Source of the DNA: Escherichia coli
Lineage (GTDB): Bacteria; Pseudomonadota; Gammaproteobacteria; Enterobacterales; Enterobacteriaceae
Direction: 5' to 3' (one strand)
DNA length: 64,000 nt
NCBI RefSeq assembly: GCF_003334355.1
Contig: NZ_QOWP01000019.1
Made by a program: the position numbers and the translations under genes. Positions 24,360 through 37,558 of the stretch are shown piece after piece (position 1 is the first letter of the stretch; each line of letters starts with the position of its first letter). The notes beneath the pieces are model-generated. The model was not told where the DNA came from and did no database searches. It worked only from the letters and a program-made list of their open reading frames with translations.

Positions 24360-25691
24360 GTGGTAAAGGAACGTAAAACCGAGTTGGTCGAGGGATTCCG
24401 CCATTCGGTTCCCTATATCAATACCCACCGGGGAAAAACGTTTGTCATCATGCTCGGCGGTGAAGCCATTGAGCATGAGAATTTCTCCAGTATCGTTAAT
24501 GATATCGGGTTGTTGCACAGCCTCGGCATCCGTCTGGTGGTAGTCTATGGCGCACGTCCGCAGATCGACGCAAATCTGGCTGCGCATCACCACGAACCGC
24601 TATATCACAAGAACATACGTGTGACCGACGCCAAAACACTGGAACTGGTGAAGCAGGCTGCAGGAACATTGCAACTGGATATTACTGCTCGCCTGTCGAT
24701 GAGTCTCAATAACACGCCGCTGCAGGGCGCGCATATCAACGTCGTTAGTGGCAATTTTATTATTGCCCAGCCGCTGGGCGTCGATGACGGCGTGGATTAC
24801 TGCCATAGCGGGCGTATCCGGCGGATTGATGAAGACGCGATCCATCGTCAACTGGACAGCGGTGCAATAGTGCTAATGGGGCCGGTCGCTGTTTCAGTCA
24901 CTGGCGAGAGCTTTAACCTGACCTCGGAAGAGATTGCCACTCAACTGGCCATCAAACTGAAAGCTGAGAAGATGATTGGTTTTTGCTCTTCCCAGGGCGT
25001 CACTAATGACGACGGTGATATTGTCTCAGAACTTTTCCCTAACGAAGCGCAAGCGCGGGTAGAAGCCCAGGAAGAGAAAGGCGATTACAACTCCGGTACG
25101 GTGCGCTTTTTGCGTGGCGCAGTGAAAGCCTGCCGCAGCGGCGTGCGTCGCTGTCATTTAATCAGTTATCAGGAAGATGGCGCGCTGTTGCAAGAGTTGT
25201 TCTCACGCGACGGTATCGGTACGCAGATTGTGATGGAAAGCGCCGAGCAGATTCGTCGCGCAACAATCAACGATATCGGCGGTATTCTGGAGTTGATTCG
25301 CCCGCTGGAGCAGCAAGGTATTCTGGTGCGCCGTTCTCGCGAGCAGCTGGAGATGGAAATCGACAAATTCACCATTATTCAGCGCGATAACACGACTATT
25401 GCCTGCGCCGCGCTCTATCCGTTCCCGGAAGAGAAGATTGGGGAAATGGCCTGTGTGGCAGTTCACCCGGATTACCGCAGTTCATCACGGGGCGAGGTTC
25501 TGCTTGAACGCATTGCCGCTCAGGCGAAGCAGAGCGGCTTAAGCAAATTGTTTGTGCTGACCACGCGCAGTATTCACTGGTTCCAGGAACGTGGATTTAC
25601 CCCGGTGGATATTGATTTACTGCCCGAGAGCAAAAAGCAGTTGTACAACTACCAGCGTAAATCCAAAGTGTTGATGGCGGATTTAGGGTAA
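24360..25691 (+). CDS. argA: N-acetylglutamate synthase
   Basis: GTG start at 24360 preceded by aaagagg gives the 443-aa [13 protein letters not shown]-terminus. Confidence 0.92.
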   Translation: MVKERKTELVEGFRHSVPYINTHRGKTFVIMLGGEAIEHENFSSIVNDIGLLHSLGIRLVVVYGARPQIDANLAAHHHEPLYHKNIRVTDAKTLELVKQAAGTLQLDITARLSMSLNNTPLQGAHINVVSGNFIIAQPLGVDDGVDYCHSGRIRRIDEDAIHRQLDSGAIVLMGPVAVSVTGESFNLTSEEIATQLAIKLKAEKMIGFCSSQGVTNDDGDIVSELFPNEAQARVEAQEEKGDYNSGTVRFLRGAVKACRSGVRRCHLISYQEDGALLQELFSRDGIGTQIVMESAEQIRRATINDIGGILELIRPLEQQGILVRRSREQLEMEIDKFTIIQRDNTTIACAALYPFPEEKIGEMACVAVHPDYRSSSRGEVLLERIAAQAKQSGLSKLFVLTTRSIHWFQERGFTPVDIDLLPESKKQLYNYQRKSKVLMADLG

Positions 25692-25703
25692 GCGACGAAA
25701 ATC

Positions 25704-25744
25704 GCCGGATGCGACATGCGTAACACTCGTGCGTCGCATCCGGC
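25704..25744. repeat. REP-like palindrome between convergent argA and recD
   Basis: gccggatgcgac...gtcgcatccggc 12-bp inverted arms. Confidence 0.6.
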
Positions 25745-25752
25745 AATTACGT

Positions 25753-27579
25753 TTATTCCCGCGAACTAAACAACGCCGCCAGACCACTGCGCCGCTCAGT
25801 ACGAGTGGCGATTGCCGCACTTAATATACGCTCATCGGCATACAGCGACAGACGGCGACGCGCGCGGGTCACCGCGGTGTATACCAGCTCTCGCGTTACT
25901 ACCGGCGTGCGTTGGCTCGGTAAAATCAACGCCGCATGGTCGAACTCCGATCCCTGCGATTTATGTACCGTCATCGCCCACGTAGTTTCGTGCTCTGGCA
26001 AGCGACTCGGTTGCACAGACTTAATATTGCCGTCCGGCATCGCAAACCAGACGCGCGTCCCCTGCCCGCGATCCAGCGCAATACCGATATCGCCATTAAA
26101 CAACCCAAGCGCGCTGTCATTACGGGCAATCATCACCGGTCGGCCTTCGTACCAACGAGAGTGCGGATGACGATGAATTTTGCGCTTCTGTTGCATAAAC
26201 TGCTCAATTCGCTCATTCAGTCCAGCCACGCCAAACGGCCCTTCCCGCAGGGCGCACAAAAGCTGGTACTCATTGAACGCCTGAATGATTAAATCCGGCT
26301 CGGCACGCGCTTGCAGCAGATCCAGATAACGTCCGTAACCCGCAAGAGCTTCCTCAAGCATCGCAATATAATCTTCGCCGCTCTGTAAAAGTCGTTTTTC
26401 GATATCAGTAAAATCCTGCTGAAAAACGGTTTTCACTGCCGTTTTATCACCACGATTGATCGCCGCAGCTAACTGACCAATGCCAGAATCGCTGCCGAAA
26501 CGATAGCTTTTTTGCAGCAGGCAGAGACTGTCGCGCAAAGATGCCGCTTCTGTGCCGGTTCCTGCCGGAACGTGAGTCCCCGTCAGGCGGCTTAGCTGCC
26601 TGGCACGCTCGGCGGTAAAGCCCGCGTTGGCATAAGCGCAGATATCGCCCAGCACAGCCCCAGCCTCAACCGAGGCCAGTTGATCACGATCGCCGAGAAA
26701 GATCACTCGCGCATGATCTGGCAAGGCGTCGATCAGTCTCGACATCATAGGCAGATCGATCATTGACGCTTCATCTACCACCAGCACATCAAGATGCAGC
26801 GGGTTACCGGCATGATGACGTAAACGCTGGCTACCCGGCTGCGCACCCAGCAATCGGTGCAAAGTGCTGGCATCTTCCGGAATGCGTTTCTTTTGTTCAT
26901 CGCTCAGCGGTAACTGTCGCAAAGCCTTGCCGAGAGATTCGGTTAAGCGCGCGGCAGCTTTACCCGTTGGTGCAGCCAGACGGATACGGCAGCGTTCGCC
27001 GTCGGCCATTTGAATTAACGCTGCCAGCAACTTCGCCACGGTGGTCGTTTTACCGGTGCCTGGGCCGCCGGAAATCACCGAGATCCGCCGCGTCAGCGCC
27101 ACTGCCGCCGCAACTTTTTGCCAGTTAATTTCATCGCTTACTGGAAAAAGTTTGTCCAGGGTTTGCGCCAGTAGAGCTTCATCAACCTCGATGGCATGAT
27201 TCACCTCATTGAAGAAGCGCGCTACCGTCCGCTCGTTACACCACATGCGATTCAAATAAAGACGATCGCCACAGAGGATCATCGGCGTGGGTTCATCTCC
27301 CCGGCTGACCGCTTGTGAAGCCAGCAAGCATTCTTCCCAATTTTGTAGCTCACCGATTTCACTGACACAGGTCGCCAACAGCGGATGCGACGCCTCGTTA
27401 TTTTCCAGTCGTGAAAGCGGTAAACAGACATGCCCTTCCCCGGCGTCGTGGCTTAACAGGGCTGCCGCGAGGGTGACGGCAGGATGTTCATCTCCCGCCA
27501 CGGTCAGGGCAAATTGCACATCCAGCGGGCGTAGCTGTTTGTGCTCCACAGCTTCCAGTAATTGCTTTTGCAATTTCAT
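25753..27579 (-). CDS. recD: Exodeoxyribonuclease V alpha subunit RecD
   Basis: 608-aa ORF with Walker A ([10 protein letters not shown]); start overlaps the recB stop. Confidence 0.96.
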   Translation of the reverse strand: MKLQKQLLEAVEHKQLRPLDVQFALTVAGDEHPAVTLAAALLSHDAGEGHVCLPLSRLENNEASHPLLATCVSEIGELQNWEECLLASQAVSRGDEPTPMILCGDRLYLNRMWCNERTVARFFNEVNHAIEVDEALLAQTLDKLFPVSDEINWQKVAAAVALTRRISVISGGPGTGKTTTVAKLLAALIQMADGERCRIRLAAPTGKAAARLTESLGKALRQLPLSDEQKKRIPEDASTLHRLLGAQPGSQRLRHHAGNPLHLDVLVVDEASMIDLPMMSRLIDALPDHARVIFLGDRDQLASVEAGAVLGDICAYANAGFTAERARQLSRLTGTHVPAGTGTEAASLRDSLCLLQKSYRFGSDSGIGQLAAAINRGDKTAVKTVFQQDFTDIEKRLLQSGEDYIAMLEEALAGYGRYLDLLQARAEPDLIIQAFNEYQLLCALREGPFGVAGLNERIEQFMQQKRKIHRHPHSRWYEGRPVMIARNDSALGLFNGDIGIALDRGQGTRVWFAMPDGNIKSVQPSRLPEHETTWAMTVHKSQGSEFDHAALILPSQRTPVVTRELVYTAVTRARRRLSLYADERILSAAIATRTERRSGLAALFSSRE

Positions 27580-30500
27580 TACGCCTCCTCCAGGGTCATA
27601 CCGGCAAACATCTCATCCATCAGGTCAATCAACCCTGCATTGGGTCGGGTTGTGTAAATCCCCTGTTGCGGATGTTCTTTATCAACGCCACGCAGGAACA
27701 GATAGATAACGCCGCCAAAGTGACGATCATAGTCGTAATCAGCAATGCGATGGCGCAGATAACGATGCAGCGCCAGGGTATAAAGCTGATATTGCAGATC
27801 ATAGCGGTGTGCCTGCATCGCTGCTGCCATAGCCTGTTGGGTGTAAGCCGAACTGTCTTCACCCAACCAGTTGGATTTATAGTCGAGCAGGTAATAACGC
27901 CCTTCGTGGCGGAACACCAGGTCGATAAAGCCTTTTAACATGCCACGTACCTGCATGAACTCCAGCGGCGGGCAGCCTGCGGATAGCGGGTCAAACTGGC
28001 GGATTAACGTATCAAGCTGACTGGCGATAAGCGGTTCACTAATCGGCAGATAAAACTCCATCTCCACCTGTTTATTGCGGGCGGAAAGTTGACTCAGGCT
28101 TACGCCGGTTTCATTGAGAGGTGCCTGGAGGACAGCCGTGATCCACTCGGTCAATACCGGTTCCCACTGCGATTCAAAGCCGCCGAGTTCCAGTTTTTCC
28201 CGCACCCAGTTCGGGTCAACCGGCTGGGTAAAATCCAGGTCTTCAAACAAACTGTGCAAGAACGTCCCCGGTGACGCACCGCGCGGAAACTGATGTGGTG
28301 TTAACGTCGGTTCTTCAACGACGCTGGCAACGCCTGCAGCATCGACATCCAGCCGAGGCATCAAATCCTGGGCGATACCGTGACCACGCTGTTGCAAACC
28401 AGAGTAGCTGGTGACGCGCCAGTTATCGCCGGGCAATCGTTGTAACGTCTTCGCATTCAGCTCTGCTGTAGAAACATCATTAACCTGCCAGGGTTGGTTA
28501 TCACCAATTTGTGCCGTTTGCCAGGCAATATCATCATCGCACAATGCTTCAATACAGGTGCGAAGCCCTGCCGCATCTTGCGGTTCCCCTTTTTGCAGCA
28601 AACGCCCGAGCGCACTTTGGTGGACGTCGGTGTCACCTTTTTTATCGCCACGACGGCTCACCAGCGGTGCAACGCCGAGACTACAATGCCAAACCGAACG
28701 CGTCAGCGCCACGTAAAGCAAACGCAGATCTTCCGCCAGACGTTCGGCCTCCGCGAGGTCGACGCTTTCTGGCGCAGCATTAAGATCCAGAACTGCCTCA
28801 AACGAGTGGCGATCGTGATAAAACGCCTGCTCCTGGACGCGGAAATTGGTGATAAACGGCAGCCAGACCAATGGATATTCCAGCCCTTTCGATTTGTGGA
28901 TCGTGACAATCTGCACCAGATGTTTATCACTTTCGAGACGCATTTGTTGGCTGGAGGCATTACTGTCTGGCTCGAGGATATGTTGCGATAACCAGCGTAC
29001 CAGCGCATGTTCACTTTCCAGCTGCGTTCCGGCTTCTTGTAGCAGTTCGCTGATATGCAAGATATCGGTAAGACGCCGCTCACCGCCTGCCGTTGCTAGC
29101 AAGTTTTCTGCAATGTTACGCGCCGACATCAGCGCCCGCAGCATCGGCATAACGCCACGTTTGCGCCAGATTTGCCGATAACCATCGAACTCTTCAACTA
29201 CCGCATCCCACGCATGTTCGTCATTATTCAGCGTTTCGATATCCAGCGCGTTCAGCCCCATCATTGACGTTGCCAGCGCACTACGCAGGGTGTTCTCACG
29301 TTCGGGCGTCATCACCGCCTGCAACAACCAAAGCATTTCCTGCGCTTCCAGAGTTTCAAAAACACTGTCGCGGTTCGAAAGGTAAACGGAAGGGATTTCC
29401 AGCAACGTTAAGGCATCGAGCACCTGGGCGGCCTCCTGGCGGCTGCGCACCAGCACACTGATGTCCGAAGCACGCACCGGACGCGCGTCGTCGCCGTTCA
29501 TCAGCAACGCTTCGCCCCTCTGTCCGGCTTGTAGCCAGTCGCGGATTTGCGCAGCACATACCTGCGCCATGGTACTTTGATAATCGCCAACGCCGCAGCT
29601 TTCGCCTTCCATCAGCCACATTTTCATCGCAGGCTGCGTTTCACCTTTAAATACAAAACGTAACGCCTGATTTTTCCCGGCTGATTTCACTGGAATAAAC
29701 GGTATTTCGCGAAACATGAACGCGTCATCAGTCTGGCTGAAAAGCTTATTCACGCTGTTCACCATTCCTGGTGCGGAACGCCAGTTGGTGTCTAAAGTGT
29801 AGTGGGCGTGAACTTCGCTACGCGCCTTCATATAAGTGAAGATATCCGCACCCCGGAATGCATATATGGCCTGCTTCGGGTCGCCAATTAGCAACAATGC
29901 GGTTTCCGGCTGATGGTGCCAGATACGGCGAAAAATTCGGTACTGCTGGGGGTCGGTATCCTGAAATTCATCGATCATTGCCACCGGGAATCGCGTACGG
30001 ATCGCCGCTGCCAACACCTCACCGCTTTCGCTACGCAGCGCGGAATCGAGCCGACTTAACATGTCATCAAAACCCAATTCGCCACGGCGGCGTTTTTCAC
30101 GCGCTACTGTTTCGCGGATCTCAGCCAATGCGCGGGTGATCACCAGATCGCGGATCGACAATGGTTCTGCAAGCAGTTGATCGATCGCCTCAAACAGTGG
30201 ATGTCGCGGGGTTTCCCCCCCGGCCTTCGTGCGATCTTCTAAGAAACGCTGGGAGAATTTTTCCAGCGACTCCGGCAACTGATAACTGTTTGTCTCTTCT
30301 TCTGCCCAGGCGCTGATCTTGTCGATCCATTTAGCCTGATTGCTACGGTTAAACTTGCGTCGATCAATACCAGAAGATTCGATCAGCGCATCCAGTTCAC
30401 CCACTGCGTCGCGCCACTGCTGTTTTACCGTATCAATACGCGCCACAATTTGCGCGTGACGGGAAGCCAGCGTTTCATCATCGGGCGGCGGTGCTTTGAT

Positions 30501-31121
30501 AACCGGCGCTTCGCCTTGCAGATAACGATTAATATCGCGCAGCAACGCCTGCGGCCCTTTCCAGGTTTCAAAGACGACCTGGGCTATTTCACGCGGCAGC
30601 GGGTAGCAGTGGCGACGCCAGAAATCGGCGCAGGCCTGGTAGCGTAGCAGAGACTCATCTTCAATCAGCTGCTGCTCAAACAGCATGCCGGATTCAAAGG
30701 CATTCAGGTTGAGCATGCGCTGGCAAAAGCCGTGAATAGTAAAGACTGCCGCTTCATCCATCTGCCGTTCGGCTAACAACAACCACTGCGCGGCTTGCGC
30801 TTTATCGTCGATCTCTTCCAGCAGGCGTTCGTACAGTGGATTGTCGGTGGTTTCACGCAGACAGGCGATGCGCAACTCGTGGATATTGCTACGGATACGA
30901 CCGCGCAATTCTGCCGTGGCAGCCTCGGTAAAGGTGACCACCAGCAGTTCTTCAACGGTCAGCGGGCGGGGAAAGGCGGCGGAACCGCCTAGTCCAAGTA
31001 ACAGGCGCAAATAGAGCGCCGCAATCGTAAAGGTTTTGCCTGTGCCGGCAGAGGCTTCAATCAGGCGCTCACCCTGTAAGGGCAAGCGCAAAGGATCTAG
31101 TGTCTCGGCGACATCACTCAT
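27579..31121 (-). CDS. recB: Exodeoxyribonuclease V beta subunit RecB
   Basis: 1180-aa product from the ATG at 31121 ([11 protein letters not shown]); the ORF-track start at 31130 is a GTG three codons upstream. Confidence 0.96.
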   Translation of the reverse strand: MSDVAETLDPLRLPLQGERLIEASAGTGKTFTIAALYLRLLLGLGGSAAFPRPLTVEELLVVTFTEAATAELRGRIRSNIHELRIACLRETTDNPLYERLLEEIDDKAQAAQWLLLAERQMDEAAVFTIHGFCQRMLNLNAFESGMLFEQQLIEDESLLRYQACADFWRRHCYPLPREIAQVVFETWKGPQALLRDINRYLQGEAPVIKAPPPDDETLASRHAQIVARIDTVKQQWRDAVGELDALIESSGIDRRKFNRSNQAKWIDKISAWAEEETNSYQLPESLEKFSQRFLEDRTKAGGETPRHPLFEAIDQLLAEPLSIRDLVITRALAEIRETVAREKRRRGELGFDDMLSRLDSALRSESGEVLAAAIRTRFPVAMIDEFQDTDPQQYRIFRRIWHHQPETALLLIGDPKQAIYAFRGADIFTYMKARSEVHAHYTLDTNWRSAPGMVNSVNKLFSQTDDAFMFREIPFIPVKSAGKNQALRFVFKGETQPAMKMWLMEGESCGVGDYQSTMAQVCAAQIRDWLQAGQRGEALLMNGDDARPVRASDISVLVRSRQEAAQVLDALTLLEIPSVYLSNRDSVFETLEAQEMLWLLQAVMTPERENTLRSALATSMMGLNALDIETLNNDEHAWDAVVEEFDGYRQIWRKRGVMPMLRALMSARNIAENLLATAGGERRLTDILHISELLQEAGTQLESEHALVRWLSQHILEPDSNASSQQMRLESDKHLVQIVTIHKSKGLEYPLVWLPFITNFRVQEQAFYHDRHSFEAVLDLNAAPESVDLAEAERLAEDLRLLYVALTRSVWHCSLGVAPLVSRRGDKKGDTDVHQSALGRLLQKGEPQDAAGLRTCIEALCDDDIAWQTAQIGDNQPWQVNDVSTAELNAKTLQRLPGDNWRVTSYSGLQQRGHGIAQDLMPRLDVDAAGVASVVEEPTLTPHQFPRGASPGTFLHSLFEDLDFTQPVDPNWVREKLELGGFESQWEPVLTEWITAVLQAPLNETGVSLSQLSARNKQVEMEFYLPISEPLIASQLDTLIRQFDPLSAGCPPLEFMQVRGMLKGFIDLVFRHEGRYYLLDYKSNWLGEDSSAYTQQAMAAAMQAHRYDLQYQLYTLALHRYLRHRIADYDYDRHFGGVIYLFLRGVDKEHPQQGIYTTRPNAGLIDLMDEMFAGMTLEEA

Positions 31122-34002
31122 TCTTTTCACTCATCAGGGGCATTGTTTGCTGCAACGCGCTGACGTTCTCCCACACTTTCCAGCCTTCAGGGTGTACATA
31201 TTCGGCTTTCCCGTTCTGGCTGCCGGAAATCTGCGACAGAATAGCCATGCCTTGCGGCTCGACCACCGCCTGATGGAAGAAATCAGCAAGTTTTTGCGGC
31301 GTCAGCAGTTTTATCTGGGCCACGATTTTATCACGCGAATCGAAGCGCATATTGCCGCGATCGAAATCTTTACTTAACTTCGATGCTTCTTCGCCGAGCG
31401 TTTGCGGTGCCTGCAGCATCTGGGTAATTACCGCCTGCTGGATTTGCGCAAACTCATCTGGCTTCATCGCTCGCAATTTTGCCTCTGCGGTTGGGAAAAA
31501 CGCCTTGTAACGCTCCCACAAGAATGAAGGCTGTTTATCATTGCTTTGCAAAAGGAAGCCCATGCCCCACTGACGCCCCACGCTCATTGGAAACGCAAAC
31601 ACGGCATAGCCCAATTGTTCTTCGGTACGCAACTGATTGTAGAACCACGGCTGTACGATCTGCCCCAATAGAGAGCTATAGGCTGAGCTGGTGTATTCAT
31701 CGTAGCCAGTCGGTACAAATACCGCTGCCAGTGCGGAGTCGGTGCTGTTACCGGCTTTTTCAAAGATGACGGATTGTTTTTTATCGACCACTACATCTTT
31801 GTTTCGACACCACTCTGAACCATCAGCGCCCAACTGTTTTTGCACATCGCGTGCCAGCGTTGTTGCCTGGGCCTCGGTCATGTTGCCGATAACCATAAAC
31901 TCTGGTCGAGCCCCTGATTTTAAGGCGTCGCGATAGGCCAGCACCTCTTTCAACGTAATGGAGGGCAAAATTTTACGCCGTTCATCTCGCGAGAAGTACG
32001 GCACTTGCGAGAGCATCTGCGCGGGCATAATCGCCTGCTCAAACGCTTTACCCTTTTCTGCGGAATCCATCATCTGGTTATACCAGGACTTCGCCTGCTC
32101 AAGCTGATCTTCCGTGGCGGTATAGCTAAAGTAGCCTTCCAGCAATGCCTGGAACAGCTGCGGCAGACGCTGGGTGTAACCATTAGCATTAACCATAAGG
32201 CCGTTGTTAGCGTTGGTGGAAAAACTTATGCCACCAACCGACGCCTGGTTGCTTAACTGATCAAGCGCCAGCCCTGCGAGATAATCATTGAGCGCAAACA
32301 TCACCTGATTGCGGGCGCTGTCCATGGCTTTCGGATTACGCAAAATCAGGCTGACATCGGCTTTTGGCTCGCTGGCAAAATAACGGCTTGGCGCATACAC
32401 TACGCGCAGATTCGACTCATCAACAATCAGCTCTGGATGGTCATATTTCTTGTCTGACTTAATCAGCGAGAAATCGTCAGGAATATAAGGGTTAAGCTCT
32501 GGCAAAGAGAGCGCAATGTCGGCGGCTTTTTTCTGCCAGTCGGCGAAAGTTTGTGCGCTGATTTTATCGACCTGATACGGCGCATCGACAAAGTAAGCCG
32601 TTTTGTTGTGCGGCTCTTTCGGGCTGATATACCAGATACGCGCATTCTGCGGCGTCATCATCGCCAGACGTTCCTTTACTGCTTTAGCATCGTACCGATC
32701 GGCAATATTGACTGCATCCAGCGTATGCTCAACAGGAACGCGAATCATGGTATCTGCCAGCCATTCGACGTAATCCATATCACGGGTGATTGACGGATAA
32801 CGGAAGTCGATATCCAGCACATTCGCCAGTTCATCGAAGTATTGTTTATCGATCCCTTTTTCACGTAACAAATTGAGGTAGCTAAAAATAGCCGCCACAA
32901 CCTGATCGCGATTCGCCAGACCTTTATCGGTTAAAGACGCAGAGATCGCTAATACGCCGCTGTTGCCGTTGACGATAGGATCGGAGTTGGCGCTAATGCC
33001 CTCAACTAATCCCTGCTTTTGCAGCCAGTCGGAAAGTGTACCTGGGCTGCGATTACCAATCAGATAGGTAATCAATTCATCGGTTTTGCTACGGAATTTC
33101 GCCGAGTTGTTATCAATACGAAACTCTACGCGCAACACTTTACGCGGCAGCGCCGGGACGTAATGAATGATAATGCCCTTTTGCGCGTCGGTGACTACCG
33201 GCACGGTGATTTCCGGTTTTTTGCTCTCTTTGTTCGGCACGCGACCAAAGGTGTCCGCCGCCATTTTTGCCAACTCCGGCAGCGGTTTATTGCTGTAAAT
33301 AACCGCCTTCATCAGATTGGCGGAATAGTACTTCTCGTGGAAATCTTTCAGCGCCTGCTGCACCGGATTACCAGGTTTGTCGCTTAAAGTTTCGAGGTTA
33401 CCACCAGAAAACTTTGAACCGGGGTGTGCCGGGTTAATGGTTTCTGCGCTGACCTGCGCCATGCGCATCCCGTCACGCGTACGCGCCATGGTTAATTCGG
33501 CATTCACTGCATTACGTTCACGTTCGGCGTATTTCTTGTCGAGCAAGGGTTCTGCAATAGCGTCCGCCAGGCGGTCTACCGCACCGGGCAAGGCGTCGTT
33601 CTCAACTTCCAGATAGAAAGCCGTGCGATACGGTGCCGTGCTGGCATTGTGACTGCCGCCGTGCATTTTGAGATATTCGGCCAGACTGTCAGCCTGCGGG
33701 TACTTTTTCGACCCCATCAGACTCATATGTTCAAGGTAATGTGCCAGCCCCTGGTACGCCTCGGGATCTTCCAGCGACCCAACGGGCACCACCAGCGCCG
33801 AGAGCGATTTAACCGCCTGCGGATCAGAAACCAGCAAGACCACCATACCGTTATCCAGACGTATAGCCTGATACTGGCGGTTATCTTTATCACTTTTACG
33901 GATGGTTTCCTGAATCGGCTGCCATCCCGTTTCTGCCTGACTTAAGGGTGCCCAAAGGGCAACAAACAACAATAATGCTTTGAACCAGGTGCTGCGGGGC
34001 AT
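31114..34002 (-). CDS. ptrA: Protease III (pitrilysin), periplasmic M16 metalloprotease
   Basis: 962-aa ORF with signal peptide and HxxEH zinc motif (HYLEH). Confidence 0.96.
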   Translation of the reverse strand: MPRSTWFKALLLFVALWAPLSQAETGWQPIQETIRKSDKDNRQYQAIRLDNGMVVLLVSDPQAVKSLSALVVPVGSLEDPEAYQGLAHYLEHMSLMGSKKYPQADSLAEYLKMHGGSHNASTAPYRTAFYLEVENDALPGAVDRLADAIAEPLLDKKYAERERNAVNAELTMARTRDGMRMAQVSAETINPAHPGSKFSGGNLETLSDKPGNPVQQALKDFHEKYYSANLMKAVIYSNKPLPELAKMAADTFGRVPNKESKKPEITVPVVTDAQKGIIIHYVPALPRKVLRVEFRIDNNSAKFRSKTDELITYLIGNRSPGTLSDWLQKQGLVEGISANSDPIVNGNSGVLAISASLTDKGLANRDQVVAAIFSYLNLLREKGIDKQYFDELANVLDIDFRYPSITRDMDYVEWLADTMIRVPVEHTLDAVNIADRYDAKAVKERLAMMTPQNARIWYISPKEPHNKTAYFVDAPYQVDKISAQTFADWQKKAADIALSLPELNPYIPDDFSLIKSDKKYDHPELIVDESNLRVVYAPSRYFASEPKADVSLILRNPKAMDSARNQVMFALNDYLAGLALDQLSNQASVGGISFSTNANNGLMVNANGYTQRLPQLFQALLEGYFSYTATEDQLEQAKSWYNQMMDSAEKGKAFEQAIMPAQMLSQVPYFSRDERRKILPSITLKEVLAYRDALKSGARPEFMVIGNMTEAQATTLARDVQKQLGADGSEWCRNKDVVVDKKQSVIFEKAGNSTDSALAAVFVPTGYDEYTSSAYSSLLGQIVQPWFYNQLRTEEQLGYAVFAFPMSVGRQWGMGFLLQSNDKQPSFLWERYKAFFPTAEAKLRAMKPDEFAQIQQAVITQMLQAPQTLGEEASKLSKDFDRGNMRFDSRDKIVAQIKLLTPQKLADFFHQAVVEPQGMAILSQISGSQNGKAEYVHPEGWKVWENVSALQQTMPLMSEKNE

Positions 34003-34177
34003 TCACGGACCTCATAATCAACTTTATTTTCTGGCCAGATTCAACAGGTTAACGCAAATCATCTGCCAGAATTTAATCTTGTGCTGCACGAGTCAGCCTA
34101 TGTCTATATATCCATCAGTCCGTGACTGGTGCGCATCATAATGTAAGCGAATGAATTGCGCAATTTTTATACAGCAC

Positions 34178-37100
34178 TCATGACTGATTAAAGCGAAACA
34201 GCGGTAACAGGAAACGTTGCGACTGTTCAACGATGGCCTCCATTGTCTCTGGTGTTAATTGCCGCCAGAGCCGTTGATACCAGATATCATCACCTTCGCC
34301 ACGCACCATCATGTTGCCTTCGTAAGCCTGAAGGAATTTCGTACGGGCTTTTTGCAACGTGGAATCGTCATCCAGCATGGCATCGTTTTGCGCGTCATAA
34401 CAGGTTTTTAGCCACGCGCCGCCACTTTCAGGTAACACCAGCAATGGCGCGGACATTCCTTCACGATACCCCTCAATCAGTTGTGAGAGGTAATGCAAAG
34501 CCTGTTCGGCTGCAAGCGGCGGAAAACGCCACTCACCGTCTTTGCGTAGAAAAAGGCGACTTTCGCCATTACCACCGCTGGCACAGTAGACAAGGTGTTC
34601 CAGCCAAAGTTGCATTCCCTGCGCCACACTTAATAAAGAGGGACGCCAGCGCAACAGGCCATCCGGCTGCACCTGCGGCAACCAGCCAGTTATCTGCACA
34701 CCGTTGCAGGCGAGATCAATTTCCATACTCTGCCCCGGCTGGCGACAGGCAATGACTCTGTCGGCAAGCTGCTGCATCTCCTGGCACTGTGTTTCCCAGA
34801 AAATTTCACCAAAAGCGCCATACGGTAAATCCCCTGCCGCCCGGAAGCGGCGGAACAAGCGTTCGGCATCATCCTGCTCAACCAGTGCATTCAATAACTG
34901 CTGATTGATTTGATAACGGCTAAGTCCTTCCAGAATAAATGGCTCGGTGTCTGGGATTTCGCTGTCTTCAGTACGGAAGTTCACCTGCAAACGCATCTGG
35001 AAGAACGCCCGCACCGGATGTGCCCAGAATCGTTGTAGCGTTTCCAGCGGTACGGTTTCCGGTAAGGTAAACGGCAGCGGCTGAACAAATTCAGAATGTG
35101 CTTTACCAGCCTGGCTGGCCGCAGGTAGCCATTCACGAGCATAGCTTTGTCGTTCGCCTGGCTGGTAGTTTTGTGGATCAAACGGCATCCGGGTATGGAG
35201 GCAAGTAAGATGCGCTTTTACCCTTGCCTCGCTTTCATCACAGTTGAGCGCTTCATCGCCCGGTAGATAATGACTTTGCCCGATGTAGTCGATCAGTTCC
35301 TGCACCAGTACCGACGGGAAACGTTCACTGTTATCCTGAATGGAACGCCCGATATAGCTGATATAGAGTTTTTGCTGCGCGGAAATTAACGCTTCCAGGA
35401 ACAGGTAGCGGTCGTCATCGCGACGGCTACGGTCGCCACGCTTCGGTTTCTGGCTCATCAGGTCAAAGCCCAATGGCGCAAGCTGACGTGGATAAACGCC
35501 GTCGTTCATTCCCAGCAGGCAAACCACTTTGAACGGAATTGAACGCATTGGCATCAGAGTACAAATGTTAACCGGTCCGGCGAGAAAACGCTGGCTGATA
35601 CGTTCTTGATCCAGACGCTGCGCCAGTTCATCACGCAATAGTGACAGCGGCACCGCGTCGCCATACTGCGCACCTAAACCTTCGGCGATAATCGCCTGCC
35701 ATTGTTGTTCGATCAGCGTCATCGCCGCTTCGGTTTCCGCATCCGGCAGGAAGAAGGCGTTGAGCATATCGCGACAAACCGGCAACCACTCTTCTAGCGG
35801 ACGCTCCTGTGCCAGCCCGCGACGCCAGATGTTTAGCTGCATTAGCAGTGAAGCCAGATGCCCCACCAGTTCTGCAATTAAGCCGCTCGATTCATCATAA
35901 GGTAGAACCGATTGCCACTCGCCCTGCGCGCTCTCCATCGCGTAGCCCAGCAACATACGCGTCAGGCCAAATCGCCAGGTGTGTTGTCCGGTGGCGGGGA
36001 GTTCCAGCTCGCGAACGTTGTCGTCATCTATCCCCCAACGAATGCCGGATTCGTTGACCCACTGGCGTAAATAACGCAGCCCTTCTTCGGTGATGTCAAA
36101 CCGCGCCGCCAGCACCGGCACATCCAGCAGCGCCAGCACATCCTCTGACACAAAGCGACTGTCAGGCAGTGATAACAGGCTGATAAACGCTTCCAGTACC
36201 GGATGTGACTGCCGCGCACGACGGTCGGAAATGGCGTAAGGCAGGTAACGATCCGCAGGTGCGCTACCAAACACTGCCTGAATAAACGGACTGTAGCTGT
36301 CGATATCAGCCACCATCACGATGATGTCGCGCGGAGTAAGTGTCGGGTCTTCCTCCAGCATCGCCAGCAAGCGATCGTGTAAAACTTCAACTTCACGCTG
36401 CGGGCTATGGCAAACGTGGAATGTGATACTGCTATCCAGTGGATCAAGCGGGCGTTTGTTATCGCTACGGGAAAACTCTTCGATGTTCACACCCGCAACG
36501 GCGCGGTTTTCCAGTTCCAGAATGTCAGACTGAATGTTATGCAGCAGGTTATCTGGCGTGACATCGACAAAGGCGTCCAGCTCCTGGCTGCTCTCCAGGT
36601 CAGAAAGGAGATAAATGTAGTCGCGCCCAAGCTTACCCCATGAAGCCAGCAGCGGGTTGCCGACATCCTGTTCACCATCGCTGTTAAAGAGCTGCCCGGC
36701 ATTTTCGCTATCACGAAATAGCGGCAATTCGCGATCTTCAAAACTGTGTCGACGCTGACGGGTCAGCAGTTTCGCCAGATAAGCAGGATCTTTAATATCG
36801 CCCCAGTAATAACGGCAGGGGTTGGTAAACAGGAGATGGATTTCAATATGTTTACCCAGCGCCTGGAGCGCCTGGAGATAAACAGGCGGTAACGCGGAAA
36901 TACCGCATATAAAGACGCGCGAAGGTAACCCCGGCGGGCAGGTCGTCGCGGACTCCAGCGTTTCGATAAAGCGCTGATAGAGATTGGCGCGGTGCCAGCG
37001 CGGTTGTCCGAGTTCATGGGTATATTCCACCAGCGCCTTCCACAACGGCGCTTGCCAGGCCTGTGCTTCTCCCAGCCCTTCAACCAAATGTCCTGTTTCC

Positions 37101-37546
37101 CATTGTGCCAGCCACTCCGGGCGATAGACCAGATACTGGTCAAACAGGTCCGCCGCTTTTGAGGAAAGCTGGAACAGTTTTCGCTTGTCGCTATCGTCAG
37201 TCAGATAATGCCGCAACAGGGTAAAGTCTTCGCGCTCCAGCAATTGCGGCAGCAGAGTCATCAGTTTCCAGCTCATGCTCTGTTTGTTAAAGGCGCTCTC
37301 TTTGGGGATTTCCGGTAACACCCGGACGAACATATCCCAGATAAAGCTCGCTGGCAGCGGAAAATCAATGTTTGCCGCAATACCAAACTTTTGCGACAGG
37401 GTCATTTGCAGCCACTGCGCCATACCGGTACTTTGCACCAGAATCATCTCTGGTTCGAAAGGATCGTCCAGCCGTTCGCGTTCGACAATAAACTCCATCA
37501 ACGCTTCCAGCACGTCCAGACGATTGGAATGGTAGACCCTTAACAT
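34178..37546 (-). CDS. recC: Exodeoxyribonuclease V gamma subunit RecC
   Basis: 1122-aa ORF recognised as RecC. Confidence 0.96.
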   Translation of the reverse strand: MLRVYHSNRLDVLEALMEFIVERERLDDPFEPEMILVQSTGMAQWLQMTLSQKFGIAANIDFPLPASFIWDMFVRVLPEIPKESAFNKQSMSWKLMTLLPQLLEREDFTLLRHYLTDDSDKRKLFQLSSKAADLFDQYLVYRPEWLAQWETGHLVEGLGEAQAWQAPLWKALVEYTHELGQPRWHRANLYQRFIETLESATTCPPGLPSRVFICGISALPPVYLQALQALGKHIEIHLLFTNPCRYYWGDIKDPAYLAKLLTRQRRHSFEDRELPLFRDSENAGQLFNSDGEQDVGNPLLASWGKLGRDYIYLLSDLESSQELDAFVDVTPDNLLHNIQSDILELENRAVAGVNIEEFSRSDNKRPLDPLDSSITFHVCHSPQREVEVLHDRLLAMLEEDPTLTPRDIIVMVADIDSYSPFIQAVFGSAPADRYLPYAISDRRARQSHPVLEAFISLLSLPDSRFVSEDVLALLDVPVLAARFDITEEGLRYLRQWVNESGIRWGIDDDNVRELELPATGQHTWRFGLTRMLLGYAMESAQGEWQSVLPYDESSGLIAELVGHLASLLMQLNIWRRGLAQERPLEEWLPVCRDMLNAFFLPDAETEAAMTLIEQQWQAIIAEGLGAQYGDAVPLSLLRDELAQRLDQERISQRFLAGPVNICTLMPMRSIPFKVVCLLGMNDGVYPRQLAPLGFDLMSQKPKRGDRSRRDDDRYLFLEALISAQQKLYISYIGRSIQDNSERFPSVLVQELIDYIGQSHYLPGDEALNCDESEARVKAHLTCLHTRMPFDPQNYQPGERQSYAREWLPAASQAGKAHSEFVQPLPFTLPETVPLETLQRFWAHPVRAFFQMRLQVNFRTEDSEIPDTEPFILEGLSRYQINQQLLNALVEQDDAERLFRRFRAAGDLPYGAFGEIFWETQCQEMQQLADRVIACRQPGQSMEIDLACNGVQITGWLPQVQPDGLLRWRPSLLSVAQGMQLWLEHLVYCASGGNGESRLFLRKDGEWRFPPLAAEQALHYLSQLIEGYREGMSAPLLVLPESGGAWLKTCYDAQNDAMLDDDSTLQKARTKFLQAYEGNMMVRGEGDDIWYQRLWRQLTPETMEAIVEQSQRFLLPLFRFNQS

Positions 37547-37558
37547 AGCGGCTCCTGA